Notes under the pieces: model-generated
The model's input: the letters and a program-made list of their open reading frames with translations, nothing else
The model's database searches: none
Told to the model about the DNA's origin: nothing
Position numbers and translations under genes: made by a program
DNA from: Somniosus microcephalus
Taxonomy: Eukaryota
Direction: 5' to 3'
Assembly (NCBI GenBank): GCA_052327205.1
Contig: CM126204.1
Location: forward strand, 227,974,001 to 228,038,000
Length of the DNA: 64,000 nucleotides
Shown here: piece after piece, positions 52,267 through 64,000 of the stretch
Numbering within the stretch: the stretch's first letter is position 1
Layout: each line of letters starts with the position of its first letter

Positions 52267-52351
52267 CTGGAGACAAGCTGCGTGTTGGTCCCCAAGGATC
52301 ACAATCCCAAGACATGAATTCCAAACTGAAGTCAATTTCCATGTCCATATC
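52267..52351 (-). CDS. ATF6: ATF6 coding exon (equivalent to human exon 3), transactivation region with VN8-like motif
   Basis: ttccttcaatag|GAT...CCAG|gtatct; translates DMDMEIDFSLEFMSWDCDPWGPTRSLSP, resembling human DNLDFDLDLMPWESDIW; phase 0 to 1. Confidence 0.85.
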
Positions 52352-52648
52352 CTATTGAAGGAAAAACAAGCAAACTTTACTTTTGTACACAACATAATGC
52401 TGCAATTTGTCATCATGACTATGTACAAGGTTCAATTAACTCTGCATTCACTGCTTGCAAAATGGACTTCAAGATTTATAAGCACGGTAAGATATTGTAT
52501 ACACAGTGTTAAATCCATTTCATCAACAAAGATAAAATCTCACCATTAAATTAAACTCATTTGACCCAGTAGTTTTTGATTACTTTTAAATAAAGTTAGC
52601 CTTGGGACTAATCATTACAAAAACATAGCACATAAAGTATTCATGTGT

Positions 52649-53995
52649 TGTAAGGGGTTTTCCTCGAGAGGTTTCCCTGAGGTTTCTCTCTCTAGAGGCC
52701 TCTCTCTCTTGCACAGTAAAACTTTGAGTGGTTCGACCCACTCACCCCTTAGATTCTATAGTCTGGACTTAGGCGCAGGAACTGCAATGCAGAGAAGACT
52801 CTTGTAGACCAAGTTTGATGAATAAAAATGAAATTTTATTGCAAATGGAAAAATATCAAATCAAATGCAACAAAGACAAGAGTACGGTACATGGGAGGGA
52901 AAAACAAATACAAACAAATCATAACGACATTATACTAACTAAGGCAAATATAGGCATCTTATACTCTACAAAGATCATCACGAAATAAAGAAACACATGG
53001 AACATCGAGGGACAACAACTCATGTTAATTGTACCCTTAAATCCACCCCCTTATTAAACCTAACTTGATCTGATTGTGAAGGGCCAGAAACATGCTCACC
53101 AATCCCACTAGGAAGTGCAAGGTTTTGAAAACGAGGCTGCTGGGGCTGCAACGACTGTCCGATTTTAAACTGTCCTTTTTCTCCGCTCTCTTTGTGACTG
53201 TCCGAGCTTGTTGATTCAAGCTTCCTCCAAAGTCTTCTCCCAAGCTATGTCTTCCTCCTGAAGCTGCGTTCCGGGGTGCTGCGTCCTGGTCCTGTGTCTC
53301 AACTCGTCCAAGCTGTCCCTGGGGTCATTGACCCTGTCGAGTCGTGTCCCACTGCCGTGTCCTCCAAGCTGCTTGTTCAGCTTGCCTCGAGTGTCGCTTC
53401 CAACCCGGTGCTTCTGCTTGTTTCAACTGCTGAAAAGTCTCTTCAGTTATACCTTTCTTCCTGAGGCTTCACTTCCCCCCCAAAATCAGGTGAGTCTTTG
53501 TTTTAACTTTTGGTGGGCTTTGAGCACAGCGGGGCAGTTATTATATTTTAAATCATTTTAAGCGGCTGGTAACAGGCCCATCTCTGGTTTGAAATGGCTC
53601 TCATTGTTTTTTAATTTCATGCTAAATCCTGTTACCGAGCCCTTGGTGTTGTCCTCATGAATAAGTTATTGTCTCTTTCATCTGGGTCAACATTTAGATG
53701 GCCTCTGTCTCCAGCCAGATCTTGAGTGGATCTGCATCTAATCCATATGCATGCCTGTGGGTCTGGCTTTGTCCTCTCAGAAACAGCTTCCAGAACTTGC
53801 TATGGGTTCAATCCACATAGTTGTCTGAGGTTGTGCAGGAACCATTTTAAAGTGTCCCAATGAGCTGGTCACATGATATGGCAGCCATTTTGTATGCCCC
53901 TTTTTCTGGGCTTCTTTTAAAACAGTCTTTAAAATCATGGCCTCTTCTGCCCATTGATCCTTATTAATATGAAATCCAATTTTGCGAATCCTACA
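52649..53995 (-). mobile_element. Solo LTR, 1347 bp (Gypsy or class I ERV type)
   Basis: TGTAAGG...TCCTACA termini; 4-bp TSD GTGT (52645-52648, 53996-53999); orientation tentative from minus-strand AATAAA near 52835. Confidence 0.7.
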
Positions 53996-54231
53996 GTGTG
54001 TTTAGAAACACTAATGCTCTGGATGACAATATATCACAACCCACAAAGTCTTTAACAACGACCATCAAGTCTCTCCAGAGCTACTGCATACACCCACTGA
54101 GCAAGTCCTTCGAACCTCTCCCGGCCCAGGGCAGAAATCTCTTGGAGATGGAACTGTTTTTCACTCATTGGGTAATAATGTATACAACAAAAAACACCTT
54201 GTATGTAAATGCAATGCAACATAGTTAGTGG

Positions 54232-55185
54232 TGAAATAACAACAGAAAATGCTGGAAAAACTCAGCAGGCCAGGCAACATCCATGGAGGGAGAAATAGAG
54301 TCAACGTTTCAGGTCGAAACCCTTCGTCAGGACTGAAAAAACACAGGAAATGAAACAGATTAAAAGGCCAGTTTGGGGGCTGGGAGAGAACAAAAGAGAA
54401 GTGAAGAGACATTAAGAGGTATTCAAAACAAGACGAGATGGTGACAGGACTAGTGGAGACAAAAGACAGCTCTAGATTAGGTGTGAAATGTGCTGGCAGA
54501 ATGGGAGACAGCTGCCATGTGAGAGAAAAAAAGGGGGAAGGGCACAAAACAAAGGTGTGGATAAAAACTATATATAAAAATGTAATAGGGGCCGAGGTTA
54601 TGATCTGAAATTGTTGAACTCGATATTGAGTCCGGAAGGCTGTAAAGTGCCTAATCGGAAGATGAGGTGCTGTTCCTCGAGCTTACGCTGGGTTTCCGTG
54701 GAACAATGCAAGAGCCAGAGTACGGTGAGGTCTGAGTGGGAATGGGGCGGCGAATTAAAATGACAGGCGACCGGAAGCTCGGGGTCACCCGTACGGACTG
54801 AACGGAGGTGTTCCGCAAAGCGGTCACCCAATCTGGGTTTGGTCCCCCCAATGTAGAGGAGACCACATCGTGAGCAGCGAATACAGTATACTAGATTGCA
54901 AGAAGTACAAGTGAATCGCTGTTTCACCTGGAAGGGGTGTTTGGGGCCCTGGACAGTGGGAAGGGGGGAGGTATAAGGGCAGGTGTTGCATCTCGTGCAC
55001 TTGCACGGGAAGGTGCCGGGCGAAGGGGAAGGGGTGCTGGGGGTGATAGAGGAGTGGACTAGGGTGTCTCGGAGGGAGCGGTCCCTGCGGAATGCTGAAA
55101 GGGGAGGGGAGGGGAAGATGCGTTTGGTGGTGGGATCACGTTGGAGGTGGTGGAAAATGATCCGTTGAATGTGGAGGCTGGTGTC
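54232..55185 (-). mobile_element. Penelope-like element 3' portion (GIY-YIG endonuclease plus terminal region)
   Basis: NLVYCIRCSRCGLLYIGGTK...RFAEH...LGTLQPSGLN. Confidence 0.92.
54299..54334 (-). ncRNA. Minimal type I hammerhead ribozyme motif
   Basis: agtc-CTGACGA-a-gggt-ttcg-acct-GAAA-cgtt-gact: stem I agtc/gact, stem II with UUCG loop, palindromic AACGTT stem III. Confidence 0.75.
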
Positions 55186-55511
55186 TCGGGACCTCATCCA
55201 CAGTCTCTAATATTATACAGTGACACAAGGCAAGGGCTCAATTGTATTCATTTAGACAATGAAGGCACAAATTAGGAAAAGGCTTTTCAAAATAATTACT
55301 CTGTCAGAAAGGAGTTCCAGCAGGTTCTGGTATAACAAAGGGGTGCTACAATTGTGAGGCGTCAATCAGCATTTTAACAAAGTCAATCAATATGAGAAAA
55401 CATTAGCAGCTAACAAAAAAGGGTTACCCTCCAGGTATCAGTGCTGGAATTCCTACTACTTCTAATTTACATTCATGACTTGGATTCAGAAACTCGAGCA
55501 AACTAGTCAAA

Positions 55512-56420
55512 TTCACTACAAGCCCACTGACTCCCACAGCTACCTGAACTACACTTCCTCCCACCCCGCCTCCTGTAAGGACTCTATTCCATTCTCCCAG
55601 TTTCTCCATCTCCGCCGCATCTGCTCAGACGATGCCACCTTCCACACCAGTGCTTCAGACATGTCTTCCTTTTTCCTCAACCGAGGATTCCCCTCTACCG
55701 TTGTTGACACGGCCCTCGACCGGGTCCGTTCTATCTCCCGCACTTCTGCCCTCACCCCTGCCCCTCCCTCCCGGAACCATGATAAGGTTCCCCTTGTCCT
55801 CATCTTTCACCCCACCAGCCTCCATATTCAACGGATCATCCTCTGCCATTTCCGCCACCTCCAACGTGAACCCACCACCAAACGCATCTTCCCCTCACAT
55901 CCCCTTTCAGCATTCCATAGGGACCGCTCCCTCCGAGACACCCTAGTCCACTCCTCTATCACCCCCAGCACCCCTTCCCCTGGCACCTTCCTGTGCAAGC
56001 GCAGGAGATGCAATACCTGCCCATATACCTCCCCCTTCCCACTGTCCAGGGCCCCAAACACCCCTTCCAGGTGAAACAGCGATTCACTTGTACTTCTTGC
56101 AATCTAGTATACTGTATTCACTGCTCACGATGTGGTCTCCTCTACATTGGGGAGACCAAACGCAGATTGGGTGACCGCTTTGCAGAACACCTCCGTTCAG
56201 TTCATAAGGGTGACCCCGAGCTTCCGGTCGCCTGTCATTTCAATTCACCGTTCCATTCCCACTCAGACCTCACCGTCTGCGGCCTCTTGCATTGTTCCAC
56301 GGAAGCTCACCGTAAACTCGAGGAAGAGCACCTCATCTTCCGATTAGGCACTTTACAGCCTTCTGGACTCGATATTGAATTCAACAACTTCAGATCATAA
56401 CCTCGGCCCCCATTATATTT
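55512..56420 (+). mobile_element. Penelope-like element fragment (RT thumb plus GIY-YIG)
   Basis: HYKPTDSHSYLNYTSSHP...RRICS; VYCIHCSRCGLLYIGETKR. Confidence 0.92.
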
Positions 56421-57849
56421 TTAATCCAGGGGGAGGGGGATGGGGAAAAGAGATCGCGGTTGCCGAACTGAGGAGAGGAAAATAAAACTTAGAAGTTGAA
56501 TTAACATTTATGCACTGCCGAATTGAGCCGAGAAAGGAGGGGAGGGGGTGGGGAAAGAGAGAAAGCTGCTGTCGAACTGAGCTGGAAAGAAAAGAAAAAT
56601 TAAAAGTTGAATTGGTCTATCAGCTTATGAAAGTTAACATTTATGCGCAGAATGCTTCTGCACAGCTTCCGGTTTGCTGGCAGCAGTCACTCTGATGTGG
56701 AAAAGTATAGGGAGCCCGAATTCTCCAGGAATGGTGTTGAAATAGATAAAGATGAAGTTGAATACCATCGAAGGGCTTCAGTAGACTTCATTTCCAAAAT
56801 GTCCAATCACAACAAAAAAAAGTGAATGACATTGCCAAAGCAATAAAGTCCAAGTCAGATTACATGCTCAAACTGTATCGTGCTCTGGTCAGACCAGGTT
56901 TAGAGAAGTAATGGAAAAGCACAAGGAAAAATCAAATGTGAAAATAATCTAACGGAGGAGGGTTAATTTCAGTGAGTTGTAAAGGGATCTGGCCCAGGTG
57001 GATTGGAATCCAAGATTGGCAGGTGAAACAGTAAATAAGCAATGGGAGTCCATCTCCTCTTTGTGTCCATCAAAGAGGAGATAGATCGATCAGGCACAGA
57101 CTACACATTCACACAAGGGGGAAAGGAAAGGCATTCAAAACTTGAGCTCCCTGCATGTCTAAACGTATAAAAGATTAAAATCAAAACAGAAAAGGATAGC
57201 ACTGAATGGATGCAAGACATTTTGCAAGGGGAAGTGGAACAGCCAGAAGTCATGGTCCATGTTGGAACCAATGACATGGGCAAGAAAAGGGTTGAGGTCC
57301 AACCAGAGGCGGATTGGGCCGTCTAGACGTCAGGAGAATTCCCAGTGGGCCTGTGAGCCGATAGGAGCTACATGTATCAGATGAGATCGCCGACCGATTG
57401 AACACTGTTTTATCACAAAGCATCAGGGTTATTCTGGCGGTCTGGTTTTTTTGCGCATGCTTGCAGTCGGCGCCAGAAAAATCAGGTTGGAACAATAGCC
57501 CTGAATCAAGGCCAGGAGATGAATTAATGTCACATCACCGGCACCGCCCGCCTTATCCCAACAACCTTTCTTTTGTATGTAGACACGTTTGCTCACATCT
57601 TCTAAATTTAGTAAACAAAGTAAATCTCAGTTAAAACAATTCAGCACCAGCAGATTCAGGTTGTTACGCCATCCCAAGTTCCCAACCTGATTTATTTTTT
57701 AGTCCTGGCAGCAAACAGGTGTAAAAATAGCCCCATAAAGACAGGAAAATAGCTAGTGTTTTTTTTAATTAACACAAACATTAATTGTGTACCATTAGTA
57801 TTTTATTTGGTTGCGTATTCAGCTCTTGCCTGGATGCAATGGGTTACCT

Positions 57850-57942
57850 CGGTTTCTCTCTCCACTGATGCTGCCTGGCCTGCTGAGTTTTTCCAGCGTT
57901 TTCTGTTGTTATTTCGGATTTCCAGCATCCGCAGTATTTTGC
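57850..57942 (+). mobile_element. Penelope-like terminal fragment
   Basis: gatgctgcctggcctgctgagtttttccagcgttttctgtt, reverse complement of the 14705-14750 segment. Confidence 0.7.
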
Positions 57943-58561
57943 TATCGCAATTATACTTTGCTTTGCGGTGCAGTTCAGAGGACTGAGCCAGAGACTCGAG
58001 TGGCAGAAGGTTGTCTCGAGGCAGAGCAGCAGCGTGCAGTACTGTGTGGGAATGTCTTTGTATCCTTACTTAGCAGTCACGAGCTTGTTCAGGGTGCGCA
58101 CGGTTGCTAGGACATGGTTTAAACAATCCCAGACTTGACCCCCTTGCCTGTCCTGCTCGAGTTAAAGCACATGCAAAGAGGCAGACAACTTGAATATTCC
58201 CCAAATTCCCCAGACTGTTCACACTTAACAACAGAAGCCATCAGTGCATAATCATTTCAGTTGGCTCAGGTGAATGAAAGTCTAAGTTGCAAGGAAGCTT
58301 TCCGCCCGCCTCCATCCATCATTTGCAAAATGACCAGCGTTAATCATCTATTTCTGCAGGTCACAGATTAATCAGCCCTGTGGCACAGGTCACTGTTAGT
58401 GTTGTACAGTCAGATGCACACATTTTCTTTGTTTAAAAACAGAGGCCTGCATTTTGCAGCCCCTACGGGTGCATACACACCTGAAAGGGCCGCGCAAGTT
58501 CTGGGTTTTCACACACGAAGTGCATGCGCAAAAAAACGGAACTTGCAATCTGTCAAGAATC

Positions 58562-59415
58562 AGGCTACAGGACGATATAGACGGGTTGGTCAGATGGGCA
58601 GAACAGTGGCAAATAGAATTTAACCCTGAAAAGTGTGAGGTGATGCATTTTGGGAGGACTAACAGGCAAGGGAATACACAATGAATGGTAGGATCCTAGG
58701 AAGGACAGAGGATCAGAGGGACGTTGGTGTGCATGTACATAGATCCCTGAAGGCAGCAGGACAGGTAGATAAGGTGGTTAAAAAGGCATATGGGATACTT
58801 ATATTCTATGCCTCGGCTAATGAAGGCAAGAGCAGGGAGGTTATGATGGAGCTGTACAAAACTCTAGTTAGGCCACAGCTGGAATACTATGTGCAGTTCT
58901 GGTCGCCACACTATAGGAAGGATGTGATTGCATTGGAGAGGGTGCAGAGGAGATTCACCAGGATGTTACCTGGGCTGGAGCGCTTCAGCTGTGAAGAGAG
59001 ACTGGACAGTCTGGGGTTGTTTTCCTTAGAGCAGAGAAGGCTGAAGGGGGACCTGATTGAGGTGTACAAAATTATGAGGGGCATAGATAGGGTAGATAGA
59101 AAGGAACTTTTCCCCTTAGTAGAGGGGTCAATAACCAGGAGGCATAGTTTCAAGGTAAGGGGCAGGAGGTTTAGAGGAAAAACTTTTTCACCCAGAGGGT
59201 GGTTGGATTCTGGAACTCACTGCCTGAAAGGGTGGTAGAGGCAGGAACCCTCACAACATTCAAGAAGCATTTAGATGAGCACTTGAAACGCCATAGCATA
59301 CAAGGCTACGGACCAAATGCTGGAAAATGGGATTAGAATAGACCGGACTTGATGGCCGGCGTGGACACAATGGGCCGAAGGGCCTCTTTCTGTGCTGTAT
59401 AACTCGGTGACTCGA
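58562..59415 (+). mobile_element. CR1 3' fragment
   Basis: LQDDIDGLVRWAEQWQ, RPQLEYYVQFW; CR1 tail. Confidence 0.9.
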
Positions 59416-59794
59416 ATCTTCTTGACAGATCATCCGCATCCCCGGGAAATGGACATCCGCGGGCGGAGAGTTGGGCTTTTTGTCCAACTGCTGCTCAGCG
59501 AATGCCCGTGATATTCTTAAGCCTGGTAAAAGCCTGCTTTTATCAGCTTAAGAGTTTAAATGAAAATAAAAATATTTTTTTTCCCATCACTTAAACATTA
59601 AAAACACCTGTAAAATAAGGCACTTATTTTTAGTCCCTTTGAAACATTTAAATTTATTTTTCAAAAAATTACATTTTTGTTTTAAATGTTTAATTATATT
59701 GTATTTTAATTAATTTTAAATATGTAATTTTGTTATGTGTGTGTTTTTTATGTGATCCACATTCATGCTTATGGAGATTCCATTTGTACGGAAG

Positions 59795-60470
59795 TGGGCT
59801 TGAGAGGGTAGATGGAGAGAAGCCGTTTCCCCTGGCTGGAGAATCTAGAACAAGGGGGCATTGTCTCAGGATAAGGGGTCGGCTATTTTGGATTGAGATG
59901 AGGAGAAACTTCTTCACTCGGAGGGTGGTGAATCTTTGCAATTCTCTACCCCAGAGGGCTGTGGATGCTCAGTCGATGAGTATATTCAAGATTGAGATCG
60001 ATATTTGGGCACTAAGGGAATCGAGGGATATGGGGATCGGGTGGAAGTGGAGTTGAGGTTGAAGATCAGTCATGATCTTATTGAATGGCGGAGCAGACTC
60101 GAGGGGCCGTATGGCCGACTCCTGCTCCTATTTCTTATGTTCTTATGTGAAGAGAAACTGTTTCCAGTGGCAGAAGAGTCGGTAACCAGAGGACACAGAT
60201 TCAATGTCATTGCAAAAAGGACCAGAGGCGACATTAAGAAAAAAAATGTTTACGCAGCGCTTTACGATGATCTGGAATGCACTGCCTGAAAAGGGTGGTG
60301 GAAGCTGATTCAATAATAACTTTCAAAAGGCAATTGGATAAATACTTGAAAAAGGAAACATTTACAGGGCTATGGGGAAAGAGCAGCGGAGTGGGACTAA
60401 TTGGATAGCTCTTTCAAAGAGCTGGCACAGGCACAATGGCCTTGTATGCTGTATCAGTCTATGATTCTAC
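59795..60470 (+). mobile_element. Two adjacent CR1 3' end fragments
   Basis: ESRTRGH...RNFFTRRVVNL with tail at ~60147; second tail at ~60440-60468. Confidence 0.85.
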
Positions 60471-60649
60471 CTGCAGTACGGTGTCAAGTTCTGGTCACGT
60501 ATTTACAAGGGGCACAGACATTCGAGCTCGGAGGCATCCAAAGAAGAGCCATAAAACTGATCCATAGTTTGAGATGAATGAAGTATGAACAAAGGCAATT
60601 ACATTGACTCTGTGTCCTCTGGTTGCCAATGACACCAAACTTGGGGAGG

Positions 60650-63600
60650 TTTAAGCTAATTAAGGAGAGCCAACACGGATTTGTAAAAGGAAGATCGTGT
60701 TTGGCTAAGCTAATGGAATTTTTTGATGAAGTAACAGGGAGGATTGATAAAGGGAATGTAATGGATATTGTCTACATGGATTTTCGGAAGGCGTTTGACA
60801 AAGTACCACACAGAAGGCTGGTTAACAAAGTTGAGGCTCATGGAATCGGTGGGTCAGTGGCAACTTGGATAAGGAATTGGCTTAAGGACAGAAAACAGCA
60901 AGTTGTGGTAAATGGCTGTTTTTCAGACTGGAGGATGGTAGACAGTGGTGTTCCCCAAGGGTCAGTGCTGGGGCCACTGCTTCTTTTGAGATATATGACC
61001 TGGATATTGGAATAGAGTAGAATTTCCAAATTTGCCGATGACATCAAACTTGGGGGTGAGGCAAACAGTGAGGATGATATCAATCGACTGCAACAGGACA
61101 TAGAAAGGCTAGCAGAATGGGCAGACAAGTGATAGATGGAATTTAATACAGAGAAGTGTGAGGTGATGTGTTTTGGCAGAAGGAACAGGGAGAGGCAATA
61201 TACACTTAATGGCACAGTTTTAAAGAGTATGCAAGGACTGAGGGACCTGGGAGTTAATGTGCATAGGTCCCTGAAGGTGGCAGGACATATCGAGATTGTG
61301 GTTAACAAAGCATACGGGATCTTGGGCTTCATAAATAGAGGTATTGAGTACAAAAGTAAAAAGAAGTTATGCTGAATCTTTATAAAGCACTGGTTAAGAA
61401 CATAAGAAATAGGAGCAGGAGTAGGCCAATCGGCCTCTCGAGCCTGCTCCACCATTCAATAAGATCATGGCTGATCTGATCCTAACCTCAAATCTTCTAT
61501 CACTGTGCATCCACCCGAACCCATGTGATCTCCCGGGAGAGGCGAAAAAACAGATAAAGACCCAATGGCCAATTTGGGAGAAAAAAATCTGGGAAATTCC
61601 TCTCCGACCCATCTAGGCGATCGAAATTCTTCCAGGAGATCACGCTGTCCCTATATTTTCTACAGTACTTACCTTCTGTAAAGGCGATCTCCGCCCCAGC
61701 CAGGAACAGGAATAAAACCATCTCCTGAAATCTAACACAGAATTAGAACACAGTAGGAGCAGAACCAGGCTACACGGCCCCTGGGCCCACTCCACTACCC
61801 ACAGGGCCATGACCATTCCGAACCTAGACTCATGTCCAATTTCCTGCCCGCTCCCCGTAACCCTTAATTCCCTTTACTTCTAGGAAACTATCTATTTCTG
61901 TTTTAAATTTATTTAATGATGTAGCTTCCACAGCTTTCTGGGGCAGCAAATTCCACAAACCTACCACCCTCTGAGTGAAGAAGTTTCTCCTCATCTCAGT
62001 TTTGAAAGAGCAACCCCTTATTTTAAGATTATGCCCCCTAGTTCTAGTTTCACCCATCATTGGGAACATCCTCACCGCATCCACCCGATCAAGCCCCTTC
62101 ACAATCTTATATGTTTCAATAAGATCGCCTCTCATTCTTCTGAACTCCAATGAGTAGAGTCCCAATCTACCCAACCTCTCCTCATATGACCCCGGGATTA
62201 ACCGAGTGAACCTTCTTTGTACTGACTCGAGAGCAAGTATGTCTTTTCTTAAGTATGGACACCAAAACTGTATGCAGTATTCCAGGTGCGGTCTCACCAA
62301 TACCTTGTACAACTGCAGCAATACCTCCCTGTTTTTATATTCCATCCCCCTAGCAATAAAAGCCAACATTCCATTGGCCTTCTTGATCACTTGCTGCACC
62401 TGCATACTAACTTTTTGAGTTTCGTGCACCAGGACCCCCAGATCCCTTTGTACTACAGTACTTTCCAGTTTCTTGCCATTAAGATAATAACATGCTCTAT
62501 GATTTTTCCTGCCAAAGTGCATAACCTCACACTTTCCAGTATTGTATTCCATCTGCCAAATCTCTGCCCACTTACTTAGCCTGTCTATGTCCCTTTGCAG
62601 GTTTTTTATGTCCTCCTCACTCACTACTTTCCGTCCCATCTTTGTATCATCTGCAAACTTTGATATGTTACACTCGGTCCCCTCCTCCAAATCGTTAATA
62701 TAGATTGTAAAGAGTTGGGGACCCAGCACTGACCCCTGCGGAACACCACTAGTTACTGGTTGCCAATCTGAGAACGAACCATTTATCCCAACTCTCTGCT
62801 TTCTGTTAGAGAGCCAATCCTCCACCCACGCCAGAATATTACCCCCAATCCCGTGATTTTTTATCTTGAGCAATAATCTTTTGTGTGGCACCTTGTCAAA
62901 TGCCTTTTGGAAGTCTAAATACACTATGTCCACTGGTTCCCCTTTATCCACCCTGTATGTTACTTCCTCAAAAAACTCCAGCAAATTTGTCAAACATGAC
63001 TTCCCCTTCATGAAGCCATGCTGAGTTTGTCCTATTAAATTATGTTTATCCAAATGTCCCATTACTGTCTCCTTAATAATGGACTCTAACATTTTACCAA
63101 CCACAGATGTTAGGCTAACAGGTCTATAGTTTCCAGCCTTCTGCCTACTACCCTTTTTACTGGAGTATTGCGTCCAGTTCTGGTCACCACACATTAGGAA
63201 GGATGTGAAGGCCCTTGAGAGGGTGCAGAGGAGATTTACCAGAATGGTTCCGGGGATGGGGGATCTTAGTTACAAGGACAGGTTGGAGAAGCTGGATTTG
63301 TTTTCATTAGAGCAAAGGAGGTTGAGGGGTGATTTGATAGTGGTGTACAAGATTATGACGGGTTTGGATAGGCTTGATGGGGAAAGGCTGTTCCCACTAC
63401 TTGATGGTACAAGGACTAGGGGACACAGATTTAAGGTTTTGGGCAAGAGATACAGGGGGAACGTGAGGAAAAACTTTTTTGCGCAGCGAGTAGTGATGAC
63501 CTGGAACTCGCTGCCGACGGAAGTGGTGGAAGCGGACACTAATGTTTTCAAGGGGACTCTGGATAGGCACTTGAGGAAAATAAACTTGCAGGGCTACGGG

Positions 63601-63697
63601 GATAGAGCGGGGGAATGGGACTGACTGGATTGCTCTACAGAGAGCCGGCACGGACTCGATGGGCCAAATGGCCTCCTTCTGTGCCGTTGTGACTCTA
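60650..63697 (+). mobile_element. CR1 fragment split by an antisense CR1 (parts 60650-61395 and ~63159-63697)
   Basis: SQHGFVKGRSC...[10 protein letters not shown]; resumes at ctggagtattgcgtccagttctgg. Confidence 0.88.
61396..63158 (-). mobile_element. Young 5'-truncated CR1 with open RT frame and extended 3' UTR
   Basis: ORF 61830-63194 uninterrupted; closely similar to 48880-50439. Confidence 0.93.
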
Positions 63698-63879
63698 TAA
63701 AGGCTAGAGAAACCTGCATAGTGCACAGTTAATATTTAGTGGAGTGGAGTGATGTTCCCCTCCCTCAATTCCCCCCCCCTCCCACCCCACACCCGACAAT
63801 TCTAACTCCTAGGATTTTCCCCAAAGTGAAATCCTTCCCCAACTATCAATTGCAGTTTTGTACAAATTTACAGCAATAA

Positions 63880-64000
63880 CTGACAGGAAAAGACCCACTG
63901 GTCCATCCAGGCTGACACGCACAACTGTGACGTCTTGTGCATCACAATATATACACCCACCCCCACCCCACCCGAAAACCATGTAATCTGCTGGGTGAGG
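63880..64000 (-). mobile_element. 3' end of another CR1-type element, running off the window
   Basis: cacccgaaaaccatgtaatctgctgggtgagg resembles 61512-61545. Confidence 0.55.

Noticed and set aside
61506-61715. Module absent from the sister CR1 might be a spliced intron
   Set aside because: Removing the nearest GT...AG gives ggagatgtgatag, not the observed ggagatggttcagtgatag
52400-64000. Expected ATF6 exons 1-2; candidate near 55437-55510
   Set aside because: No convincing acceptor or protein similarity; a short exon could have been missed

Overview
Eukaryotic genomic DNA, almost certainly from a cartilaginous fish (shark-type CR1/L2 LINEs, Deu-SINE, Penelope-like elements). The window lies inside the ATF6 (ATF6-alpha) gene on the minus strand. 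Five coding exons, equivalent to human exons 3-7, have clean GT-AG boundaries and compatible phases; exons 1-2 and the bZIP exon were not found here. The very large introns are filled with repeats: nested CR1 LINEs, a second single-ORF LINE with a tRNA-like 5' head, L2 fragments, a complete Gypsy LTR element with an uninterrupted pol, a solo LTR, a Tigger-like MITE, Penelope-like fragments (one with a minimal hammerhead ribozyme) and a Helitron 3' end beside a 500-N gap. The most unusual feature is a 3.9-kb CpG-rich element (29267-33161). It is bounded by two diverged ~400-bp inverted arms that each start with a Helitron-type 5' end and carry an inward-facing promoter-like block and splice donor. 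Matching acceptors, duplicated RFX boxes and G-rich minisatellites lie inside. All calls were made by eye; family names and alignments need computational confirmation.
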